The notes beneath the pieces were generated by a model. That model worked only from the letters and a program-made list of their open reading frames with translations. It ran no database searches and was not told the DNA's origin. DNA of 63,902 nt, filler included, from Collodictyon triciliatum (taxonomy: Eukaryota): NCBI GenBank assembly GCA_043381765.1. It is 10 parts of 10 records of this genome, joined end to end, with 100 filler letters (N's around TTAATTAATTAA, not from the genome) between each part and the next. Parts side by side here need not be neighbours in the genome. Positions count along the whole stretch, not along the records: positions 1 to 6,585 come from JBHJMP010004359.1; positions 6,686 to 13,269 come from JBHJMP010004360.1; positions 13,370 to 19,953 come from JBHJMP010004361.1; 7 more parts are not named here. One strand, 5' to 3'. Numbering within the stretch: the stretch's first letter is position 1; each line of letters begins with the position of its first letter. Below, in pieces: positions 1 through 13,533 of the stretch. Position numbers and translations under genes: made by a program.

Positions 1-60
1 ATATGCTCATGTATTCATCTATTCATTGAGTTTACCTCACGTAAATAAAATTACAGACAG

Positions 61-1672
<1,612 letters not shown>

Positions 1673-2068
1673 TGTATATCGAGAGAGGAGGGGCAATTTT
1701 CAAAGATAGGAACAATCACAGGATTTCTACATATGTAACCTGCGCTCAATTGCGTTCCTGACTCAGATTACTGCTTTTTCCTTCGGCAGGTGTAGTTTTA
1801 TTGCATTCCTTCTCCTTGATTTCGTCTGAGCTTACATATGTTAATCAGAAAGAATAGGATGTCCTCGTCAATTATCGATCTTCATTGAATAAATATCGAG
1901 TAAAATCGCGATGAAAATGATTGAATATTTATGACTGGTTGATTTCAAGTCTACTTCAGGGGGTGCACTTTTTAATTTATTTGTGCTTTTTTTTTCTTTT
2001 CTTCTTTTCGATTTCCTTCGATATTGAAGTTTGCTCGTCAGGTGGAGATAACTTAAAAGTGACAAGCA

Positions 2069-5000
2069 TTATTTTGCAACAAGCATGTTTGATTGATTCA
2101 GAAAAGTAATGTTGATGATTGAGGAGCTTTGCCGCCATGGCTCTCCATCAACCTGCACGCCATCGCACGCAGGAAAATATATTCAGTTGAAATAGAAAGA
2201 AATATGTGCATATGTAAGAAATATCTTCGAATCAAAAATATATGCGCGTATGATAGCAACCAACACTCTCATCATTGAAAGAAAAACAGAAATACCTGCA
2301 CAGGGTAATCAGAATCCGGTTGTATTGTGATTTTGATGTTGGAGCCTTGGCAGAGACGCAAGGCACTTGCCAGATGAGCGCGAATTGCACCCTTTTAGAA
2401 TAGAATCAAGAGTGAAAGGAATGTGAGAAATGATTCATGGGATGACTACGAGTGAAAATATATATGAGTGTGATAAGTGGGTGTTTTAACCGTGATGAAC
2501 AGATATTGAAGCCAAATCAGATGAAGTTGTAAATAATATAACGGTATATAGAGATAATAAAATTGCCATTTGGATAGAGCCAGAGACACCGATGGCCTCT
2601 AAAAGACCATCAGCAAAAGATTGGGGTTTGTAGCCCTGCGATAATGGGAGGATAAACATGATTCATCTATTTCCTAATCCATTCATTCGTCCAGCAACGT
2701 ACATTGATTTGCATGGAATATTTTGTACAGCATCTCAAATTAAAGAAAAAAAAAGTATCTCTGGTTTGCAATTTATAAAAGACCATGTAAACGAATGATA
2801 AGTATGCACGAAGACATACAATGGAACCTGCTTTTTTCTTTACGTTGAGAAACTTACATTGCCCCTCGAACTCCCCCATAAATCAGTGCCACCGGCATAG
2901 CTTGGAATATTCATAATGATGATTCCTGTGGATATAAAAGCGAATATTCAAATGAAGTTAGCCACTTGGGCTTATAAATAGTGAATAGCATATGGGTGAA
3001 TAAGGGAGTGCATACAATATCAGCAGGTTTTATTCAAAATGGAAATAGATTTTGCTCACTTTTAAAAAAAGAGAAATTAAAAAAAAAGGGGGAGAAGAAA
3101 TCGACTAAAATCATCGGTATTATCTATTATGCGATTTATGTATGTAAATTCGCGTGAATATTTCTTATTTTAATATCCTTTTTTTTATGGAAATGTAACC
3201 TTCGATTTCTCCGTCTATTGGAATCAATTTTCCATCACACTCCAAAGTGACTTGTGTGTGGAGATGCGGGCATCCATTGAAAGCGGCTTTTGCACCAAAT
3301 TCTCCATACCTTTTGATTATTCGATGCGATTAGATTATATACACTGAAAGAACACACCAATGGAACCAAGTAGATTATGTGAGTTTTACCATATTTTGTT
3401 GCGAGTTCGGCTTTTGAACTTTTCTGGGTGTCGTTCTCTTTCCTCATGGAAGTCCAGGGCAATTTTTGCATCGACACCTGATTCATCATTTGAATAAATG
3501 GTTTATGAATAAAAAAAAATTATCTCTCGAGGCAATATTGACCAAAGAAGAAGAAAATGGAAAATTATGGACATGACAGCTGTCTTAAAAGCAACTTGAA
3601 GATGGCGAGAAATGGAATAGAACAAGAGAAGGCTTTTTTTTTTTTTGGTGCAGCTACCTATACTAAAATAATTATTCATAATCAATAATTTGTTCTCTGG
3701 CTTCGGTGAAGATGGAGAAGCAGGGGTAATGTGGACAATTTCTACTTTCCACCTGTGAAAAAATAACATAGAATCGCTTCATTATAAGGCAAATAAATGG
3801 CACCTTACCGCAGATATGGCAATAAGGATTCGTGGGGCGGTATATATTTTTCTCGATAATTACCTATCCAAAGGTGACTCTGTGGCAGTGATGGCTTTTT
3901 TCAATATGCGAGAAAGGTCTTCTCCGTCGTATCCACCGCCCCAACCCAGAACACGAGCAAGGTCATTGCCAGTACCGAGTGGGAGGATTAGGACCTATAT
4001 TTTTGTTAACAGATATGCATAAGGAAATGTGATGCATCTATTCTTTCAGATTAGTAGCGTATAAGATTGTATGTAATGCCCACGATGAGATTTTGATCGA
4101 TATATGTATGAAAAGACATCAGCATCTTGTTTTATCATTTGGGTTGTGAATGGTTGGAATCTTTACGGACGATTTAGTATTGATTTTACGGAACAGATAA
4201 TTTGATGATGTGATGATGTGATGTAAAACTTACGGGAGGTTTGTCGTATGGTGGCAGAACACGGTCCATAACCTGTAAAACCCACCCAACGGTTCCATCG
4301 CCTCCACAGGCAAGAATGATTTTAGATTTTATTTCCAGAAATTTTCTCAATCTACGCAACAGATAAAGTCATCAGGCAAGGAAAAAGAACGAGAAGTGGG
4401 CTCATCTAATAATTGGTTGACTGGGATATAAACATGCTAAAATAATGGGAATAATTTCAAAAAAGATGTGCTATTGATTGGAACCCGGGTTCCGGACCGC
4501 CTTCGGCTAAATTGAATATTTGAACAGGGTTTAAAAGTCGACTGAGTTTCTTTTGTATTTTGTCTCCCGCTTGTCCGCCACTTTTTCGATTAATGAAGAC
4601 GATAATTGGTGTGTGTTGCTCATCGTTGACAAACTAATCAAATTAATGAGGCGTAAAAAAAAAAAAAAAAGCAGTAATGTCAGCATATTCATGACAATTT
4701 AAGGGGGATTTTGGAAATGAAAAAAAATATATGTTATATGTTATATGTGACAAATTTTAGATGCTTTAGAAGCGCTTTTATAATGAAAAAAAATATAAAG
4801 GTTCTTGAATTACAATTATTTGATTAATTAAAGGTGATAATTAAAGCATTTGTATGGTTTGAAGGGGACAAATAAAAAAAATTCAGACGCGCAAGTCTCG
4901 AGATTCTTCCTCCTCAAATAGAATCACGCGATGTGGAGGCATTATAAATCGCTGGAATACTCCCAAATCACAAGGAATTCCATCGGCATCAAAGCAGTCG

Positions 5001-6323
5001 GTGTGGATGCATCTATGGCACCAAACACATCGAAATCCTGTGAGTCCTGATGATGACCCGACAGGACTGGTACATATAATGCAGTTAACTTCTTCGTGTC
5101 TGGTTTTGATGTTTCCTTCTGCCCATTGGTGCACTGTTTTCTACGGGATAGAGAGACATCAGTACACACTAATTGTAATTTATCAAAATTGAAAGAAAGA
5201 AAAGTCAAAATACAATGGAGTTGATGTCTCAAAGGAAAAATAAAGAATCATAAAAAAAAATAAGAGTAGTACGCTATGTACTCCTCTAAAAAAATGAAAA
5301 ATGCTATTTACTTAAATGAAAAACCTTGTGATTTGATGCCTCATGGAAAGTGTAAAATCCCTTTTTACATGTATGGGTGGCCTCATCTTTGCAAGTGTCA
5401 TGAACACTGTATCTACATACTGACATCATGGCAGTGATTATGGTTTAAATGTAGTGAGGAGAGAACCCCTCCAACTTCTTTGAAAGTGTATACAATTTAA
5501 CGTATAAATAGTGTGACTATTCTCGGATAAAAGCATGAAAAAAATAACGAAATGTGTGTTGAAAGGAAACCTTCGCATGAATAGCCTTGTTTTCTCACTC
5601 CTTTTAAAAGTTTGCGACATACGTTGCAATACTCTGGTTTGGAGAAGTTCTTTTTATAGAAATTGTGCGCACCGGCATACTAATAAACATTTGCTTTAGC
5701 CGAAATCGAATTTTGTCTGTAAATCAACTGATGGGAAAAAATTGACGGCGAACAAAGAGAAAAAAAAAACTACCCTTATTTTAACGAAAGAACATGGTTT
5801 GGCTCTTACATATTTGAAGTGTGTAAAAACATATATTGAAATAAAGATCAGGAAAAGTTTATTGGATATAGATGGTACTTTAATTTCATGAGATGAAGAA
5901 GCGCCAGATTTTGTTGCCGACCGCAGTCGTGGTCGACATTCAGTCCTTAGATTTTCTTGGCAGGAACTATGTGATAGAAATCCGCATCCTTTTGAATCAG
6001 ATAAGTGAGTAAGCGAGTCGGATGACCATATTTATTCTTTTGAGGACAAAATTGAGTGTGTAAAACATTCAAATTGGTATTAAAAGGGCATATAGGGAAG
6101 GTCAAGGGAAAAAATGTCTAGACAGTGGGCGCTCCCTGCAACCTGTGCATCGATATGCCGGTCCGCTGAATGGGTATATCATGTCCCCACACACTTCGCA
6201 CATGTCACTGAAGCGGATGCTAACTTTTTGGAAGGAGTGAATTCCACTTAATGAACGGCGCCCTGCTGCAGACGCACTGCTGCTCTCCTCGGAAAGAGTG
6301 TCGTGGGTGTGTCTTGTTCCCAC
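2069..6323 (-). CDS. Diacylglycerol kinase with three C1 domains (DGK-theta/DgkA-like), multi-exon
   Basis: C1 exons ([35 protein letters not shown]); catalytic exons [38 protein letters not shown]; accessory exons [31 protein letters not shown]; stop at 2069-2071. Confidence 0.92.
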
Positions 6324-6585
6324 AGTCGTGGGAAGTGTCTAGAATTTTTTGTTTTTTATTTGTTTGTTTTTTGTTTGTTTGTTTTTTGTTTGTTTGTTTT
6401 TTGTTTGTTTGTTTTTTGTTTGTTTTTTGTTTGTTTTTTGTTTGTTTGTTTGTTTGTTTGTTTTTTGTTTGTTTTTTGTTTGTTTGTTTTTGGTTTTTTT
6501 GGTTTTTTTGGTTTTTTTGGTTTTTTTGGTTTTTTTGGTTTTTTTGGTTTTTTTGGTTTTTTTGGTTTTTTTGGTTTTTTTGGTT

Positions 6586-6685
6586 NNNNNNNNNNNNNNN
6601 NNNNNNNNNNNNNNNNNNNNNNNNNNNNNTTAATTAATTAANNNNNNNNNNNNNNNNNNNNNNNNNNNNNNNNNNNNNNNNNNNN
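6586..6685. other. Artificial contig spacer (44N-TTAATTAATTAA-44N); repeated at 13270, 19954, 26637, 33317, 39997, 46677, 53355 and 60033
   Basis: Identical 100-bp structure nine times, with stops in all six frames; contig lengths between spacers fall monotonically from 6585 to 6578. Confidence 0.98.
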
Positions 6686-6899
6686 AAAACAAAAAACAAA
6701 AAAACAAAAAAACAAAAAAAACAAAAACAAAAAACAAAAAAACAAAAAAACAAAAAAAAACAAAAAAACAAAAAAACAAAAAAACAAAAAAACAATAAAC
6801 AAAAAACAAAAAAACAAAAAAATAAAAACAAAAGACAAAAAAACTACACAGATACAGCTGAGCAGAGGGTGCCATCGCATAAGATTGCTTCCCACCAAA

Positions 6900-9800
6900 A
6901 TGGAGGATGGAGCTGCACGCTTAGGAGAGCTTTGTAGCATAATCGGAGATGGTGTTGCAGTTACTCCAGAAAATTGCTCATTCTTAAATCTTCGTTGTAA
7001 GTCTTTGTCATCTGTGCCACCCGGAGTCTTTGACCTGACGCGTCTTGTTTTACTGTGGCTTTACAAAAATGAACTCTCATCGATGCCACCAGAAATATCA
7101 CGCTTGACAAACATAACAAGGCTTAATCTTCGAACAAATAAATTGCATATGCTCACATCAGAAGTGGCGCAACTTCCTAATCTTGTTGAGCTTTATCTCG
7201 GAGGAAACCAGATCAGGTCTATTTCGACTGAGCTATCGAAACTGGGGAATTTGAGACGGCTCGATCTATACTGCAACAGATTGATTTCTCTACCTTCAAG
7301 TATATCACACTTGGTAGGTCTTACCTGGCTGGATATTCAAAAAAATCAACTCTCAGTACTACCACCTGAAATATCACACTTGGCACTGCTCGTGGAATTG
7401 AATATCAGCATGAATCAGGTTTCCCCTCTTCCTCCTTTTCTTCTTCAGAAACCTTCGTTCTATTCGATACTGAACCCAAAGTTCACCCCATCTATATCTG
7501 TTTAGATCAAAGAGCTTCCACCCCAGATAACAGCACTCATCAATCTAAGGGAGCTTTGGATTGGATGTCATGAACATAGTGTGACAAAAGCACCGCGTAA
7601 AATTACAAACATTCCGTGCTGGAATAATGAGCAAATCTCGCAATATAGAATTATTCGTGAATTACAGTTCTTTGAAACTCCAGTAAGTTTTTTTTTTAAT
7701 TTTTGTGAATCATCTTTTATTTCGATAATATAATCTGATAATAGGATAATGAGATGCTAAAGCCAGAATGGACTCCAAAATCAGAGCACCTAGAGTTTCA
7801 ATCTCTTAATTTTTATGGACTGAAGCTTACTAGCCTCCCTGGAAATCTTTCTCAGCTAACAAACCTTTCAACTCTTGGCCTAAGCTATAACATGGTTACT
7901 ATCTTTGTTAAAATACACACTCAAAATGTTTCATTATTTTTTTTAAACAAAATGTAAAAGAAATTATTCAAAATAGTTTAAAACGGTTCCGGATGTTATT
8001 TCTAGCCTTACAAATCTACAGAGACTTGATATATCATACAATCAAGTAATAAATTATTTCAGTTACATTTTCTTTAAAATGAATTATATATTATCTTCCT
8101 AAATCGAAAATAATTATTCAGATAGAGAATTTGCCGACATTTATTGGGACTGTCACAACATTGAGGAGTGGACTGTTATTTCATGAAAATCCGATAAAAA
8201 ACATTCCTGAAAACGTAATAGAGCAAGGATCGGAAGCTGTTTTTGATTTCCTGGCTGCGTCAATTAATGGCATAGCTCAATGGAGACAAGGAAGAATCTT
8301 ATTACTTGGAGAAGGAGAAGCTGGAAAGACCACTCTTACCAAATCCATAATGCAACAGCACGGTGATTTGTACCCCACAGTGGATGATTCGAGGGAAAGA
8401 ACTGATGGTATTGAGCAGATTGACTTAGATATACACGATGTAACAATAGGTAGCTCAGAGAAGCCCATTTCTGTGAGAGTTTGGGATTTTGGAGGACAAG
8501 AAGAATTTCAAGTTACACACCCTTTCTTTTTCTCATATGGCGCCCTTGTCTTGATTATCTATAGGCTAGACAGATGCAAGAAAAAAAACAACCTCAGACG
8601 CTGGATGAAAATGTTGGATGATTTTGCGCCTGGTTCCAGAATCATTATTGCTGGTACCCACCGAGATTGTGAAAAAACAGAATGTTCGCATGCGATGAAT
8701 GAAGAAATAAAGTTTATCAAAAGAGATTACAGAAATCATACATTCTTTAGTACTGAGCTAAGAGTAAGCAACAAAGATGGTACAAGTATCAGAGAACTAA
8801 AGAGGGCAATATATGAAGGAATGCTGCAGCTGGAAAATATCAAAACAGGGATTCCAAAGTCTTACATTTCTTTTAAAGAATACATGGAAGCAGCAGGAAC
8901 AAACACAAAGTACGAAAATATTCGTAATACATTCGAAGCAGCAGAAAAACACCTGGGAATGGAGAGAAATGCATGTGAAAGTGCCCTAAAGTTTCTACAC
9001 GATCTTGGTTCTGTAATTTGGTACTCCTCTTTCGAGAATATCAAAGACTTTGTATTCCTGGACCCTATATTCTTAATTAACATTTTTAAATGCGTATTCA
9101 GCTTCAAAGGTATAGATAGTAGTTCAAATGGAATAGTCCTACTTTCTAGACTGAGCGAAAAAATAAAAGCTGCATTGAATATCGACTTGGATGAACTTGC
9201 TTTTGGTACAATCATTAACATATTCCAGCATTTTGGACTAGGAATTCATTTTAATAAAGAGTGCATAGCATTTCCATCTCTTATGGAGAATTGCCTTAAC
9301 ATGAATGCCTTATGGAACAATAATCCAGAGTCGAATTGTGTTGCTGAAATATCCGTAAACGTTGTGACCAAAAGTGATGTCCAACTGTCAGACAAAAGCA
9401 ACATTATAGCCCTTGCACTTCTTTTAACACAAGGATTACCCAATGGAGTTCAATATGAGGACCATTTTTTTAAGGATGTAGCCTTCATTCATTTGAAGGC
9501 AGAGTATAATGGGGTATCAAAGGACATTAAACTAACCCCCGGAAATGACCTGATAGTTTTGTTTCAAATCCATACAAATCGTGTATCTATCAAAATCAGA
9601 AAATATGAAAGTAGCTGCGAAGAAGTGGAAAGTGCCGATTCTGTTCATATATTCGATATATTATTGCATCTTGTGAAAAAGATATCATCCATTCGACCAA
9701 ACTTTGTTCATGCCTATCAATTTGAATGTCCCGATTGCCGGCTAAATGAATCAAATGGCTACATCCAAACGTCAACTAACATGGAAGACTGTGAGATGAC

Positions 9801-12589
9801 GTCTTGTTCGGAAAATCATCAACCGAACATTAGGACAGTTAAACAAGGGAGAGTATATAGAGAGGAAGGTAACATCTTTTTTATACAAAAAAAAATTATG
9901 CATTCATCATTTGAAGATTAAATTTTAGAATATTTTGATTTTTAACCTTACTTCATATTTATACATATGAAAGGTATTTCGAGAAAGTCTCAAGTGAAAA
10001 AAAGAGAAAAGATTGTTATCACACCAGAAAAAATCTTGGAGTTAACATCAATCGATAAAGAGCTTATGGATATTTGGATAAGCGAAAAAGTTGAATTAGT
10101 AGAATACATGGCCAGAGGTGCGTTCGGACGAGTATACAAAACAAAATATAAAGGAAAAGATGTTGTGGCAAAAATACAAACGATCAAGGCAACAGAAAGC
10201 CAAGGGTTATCAGAGATGATTGAATCACTTATTCTTGAAAGTAAATTTCTGAATGAATGTGATAACCATGAGAACATCGTGAAATTATATGGAGTTTATC
10301 GGGTAGATAATGATTTTTTCATGGTTATGGAAAACGCAGGAACCACTTTAAAAAAAATTGTTGAAAGAAATACAGAAAGGCTATCCCAGCACCAGATTCT
10401 TTCATTCACACGACACATATGTCATGGCCTTCTTTTCATGCAATCTATGAACCTCTTTCATGAGGATTTAAAAGCTGATAACATCATGGTTGTGAACGAA
10501 AAGGCTAAAATTGTAGATTTTGGAATCGTCAGTCGTCGTAGTCAAGATAAAGTGGGCTCTAACTTACCTACACGCTTTGGAGAAGACAAACAAGGAGGGA
10601 CAAAAAATTGGCAAGCACCCGAGATTCATGAAGTTGTTTGCAAACCATTTTATGAAGACGAAACAGTTTATGGTGAATCGTACATGAATATTGGCCATAG
10701 AGGAGAGCTGAGTAATACTTTTGCCGTAGGAATGCTAGTTTGGTATATGCTTGTAGGTATTGAGCCATTCCAAAACGAAACGCAACCACAAGGCTTCACT
10801 GTGAGAGGCTTAAGGCCTGAAATACCACAAAAAACACCATGTGAAGTCATCCATTTGATAAAATCGAGTTGGAAACAAAATTACAAACTTCGACCTAGTA
10901 TCAAGCAGATAGAGACCTATATAGATAGGTTGGTTTCTCATGAATCAACTCTATCGCAGGAAGAAATGGCCAAGTTACTTCCTATTCGATACTCAAATAT
11001 GCTAGATATGTACCGTGGCGAGTTTGTAGAATGGCTTCGCGATAATTCATTTACTAAGCTAAGTAAGAGGGTTGCTGATGAGACCTGGTTCACAGTTGAT
11101 GATAATAAAGAAAAGCTCAACGAAAATATTATGATAGGTAGGTACCACATAAGCCAGGAGGATGCCTCTAATTTTGTTCAACTATCCGAACATGCTGTTA
11201 GTACGGAAAGCTCCAACTCCCAAAAAAAAATTGTTAAAGAATTAAACCACTATCAGTTAGTGGGCTATTTACAAAAGAAAAACGATGAGTTATCAAAAAG
11301 GTTGGTCGAAAAAGTAAAGTATTTGAAACTCAACGGTGACACTATATCCAAGCTTGGAAAGTTGGAAATGAGAGAAAATTTATCTATCTCGGAGCAAGAG
11401 ATTTCCTTCGCAACTCAATGCATAAGTGATCAGATACAATTAGGCGAGCACGGAAAGCGGAGCTCTGAATTGAATGTAGATGATATACCAAAATTAAAAG
11501 AAATACAGCAACTTAATTTGCATTTCACACCATGTCGCCATGGCATTGAGGAAGCAACTTCTCTTTGGATGGGAAACATGGACTTTCAGAATATTCCCGA
11601 TTCTTTATCAATTTTAACAGGTCTTAGAAGAATTTACTTGCATTCAAATAAGGTATACTTTTTTTTTTAAGTAAAGCAAATATGGCGATCATTTCATTGG
11701 GATCTTGCGGTCAATTTCTGAATGATTTATTTAGTTTACATCGAATAAAGGGTACAAATTCTGAATTATTCTCTTAAAATGTTAATTTAATTAATATATA
11801 GCTTACATCGTTTCCTCAGCCTTGTCTTGTGTTGACTAATCTGATATCTCTGGACATATCGAACAACATGGTGGTTAATTATTTTTTTGTTTGAATTCAA
11901 GAGTATATTTGTTTTTTGTTTTTTGTTTTTTGTTTTTTGTTTTTTGTTTTTTTACTTTCGATTTTTTCTTTACAGATTTCATATTTGCCTCCTGAGATAT
12001 CACATTTGAATGCACTCTCACGTTTGGTCGTTCATGAAAATCCTGTAAGTCATTTCCCATAGCATAAATATTTTGTTGTCAAGTCAATCATTTCTAATGA
12101 CATTAAATATTCAGATACAGATATCTTCCACAGGATTTCATATGACATCGTTGGTCGGTTGCCCCATAATCATGCATGATACAGAGCATGAATTAATTGA
12201 GGCAGGCCCCATGAACGAACAAAATGATGCGTCAAGTGAAGAAGGCAAGCAAAGGGAGCCCATAGAATCAATTTCTATCGGCGAATCAACCAATTCAGAT
12301 CACGAAATTTCTGTACTATCACCAGAAGACCATGTCAGTTATTATTATTATTATTATTATTATTCCTTTCATTTTGCACCATGTTTTTTTTTTTTTTTAA
12401 AAAAAAAGTCGAATTATCGATTGAGAGCACGTTTAATGGAATGGCTGAAAATACCACCTAAATTTACCGCAGGTATTCGATAGTGTCGCGTCTGCAGCTT
12501 CATCTGACGGCTCCAAATGGATGAAAAATACATCGAAAGAGACGAAGAAAAAATCTGGAAGGAGAAAAAAAAAGTGCAATATCAGCTAA
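6900..12589 (+). CDS. Roco family protein: LRR-Roc-COR-kinase, then further LRRs and a polybasic CaaX tail; multi-exon
   Basis: LRRs at 6900-8120; Roc GEGEAGKT, WDFGGQEEF, GTHRD; COR (LKFLHDLGSVIWY..VFLDP); kinase RGAFGRV, HEDLKADN, DFG, WQAPE; phase-compatible GT-AG introns link the ORFs through to ...KKKCNIS*. Confidence 0.88.
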
Positions 12590-12934
12590 ACCCCGAAAAA
12601 TCAGCTCTGAAACCGAATCTTGGAAGAAGAAAAAAGAAAAGATAAATGCTTGCCCAACATAACTTTCCACCTGCATCACACTATACTTTGTCACATTCTT
12701 CCTTGGATACATTCAAAAAGAATTCATATCGTAGCTGCTTTATAACCTCACAATCACCTTCAACTAAAAGAATATCAGGCATTTGCCCACCCTGTCATTC
12801 CTTTTATTGAATCCTGAAGTATCTTAAGCAGTGAATAAAAATATAGTCTTGATGCATTAATTGACCTAATTTTCCTCTCTAGAATGGACAAGAATATCCT
12901 CATTACCAAATATTGAATAGATGTGATATATAAA

Positions 12935-13269
12935 AGAGGCTTCTGCACCGAATTCACCGATCTTATCAAGAAACTGCATGACAATGCAACAGCGAGGGCA
13001 CTCACGGCACACGGACCTACGGATGCAATTCAAAGACAGAGCGGGGTGTATCAAGGCTACCCACTTGCACCACTGCTCTTAAACTTTGTCACTGACTGCC
13101 TTGCAAACCACTTCCGAAACGAAAACAAGGTGCGCAACCAACTGCTACTTCAATATGCAGACGACACAGTATTCATCTTGCGGTCTCCCGAAGGCGCCAC
13201 ACTCGCCAACAAATGCATGCAAGAATACACACGAGCTGTCGGCGGGAAAATCAACTACGACAAGACAGA
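12935..13269 (+). mobile_element. Non-LTR retrotransposon reverse transcriptase fragment (L1/Tx1-like), cut by the contig end
   Basis: GVYQGYPLAPLL (GVRQGCPLSPLL-type motif), QYADD, KINYDKT. Confidence 0.85.
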
Positions 13270-13533
13270 NNNNNNNNNNNNNNNNNNNNNNNNNNNNNNN
13301 NNNNNNNNNNNNNTTAATTAATTAANNNNNNNNNNNNNNNNNNNNNNNNNNNNNNNNNNNNNNNNNNNNTTTTTCTTTTTCTTTTTCTTTTTCTTTTTCT
13401 TTTTCTTTTTCTTTTTCTTTTTCTTTTTCTTTTTCTTTTTCTTTTTCTTTTTCTTTTTCTTTTTTCTTGTCCATCACCTATCACCCACTACCCATTATCC
13501 GATTATTGTGTGTCTGCGCAGTAAGTAAAGGCG

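Noticed and set aside
6251-6940. Phe/Val/Cys-rich ORFs here and at 24179-24775, 36415-36773, 39556-39973 and 46352-46732
   Set aside because: Translations of simple-sequence repeats and N runs
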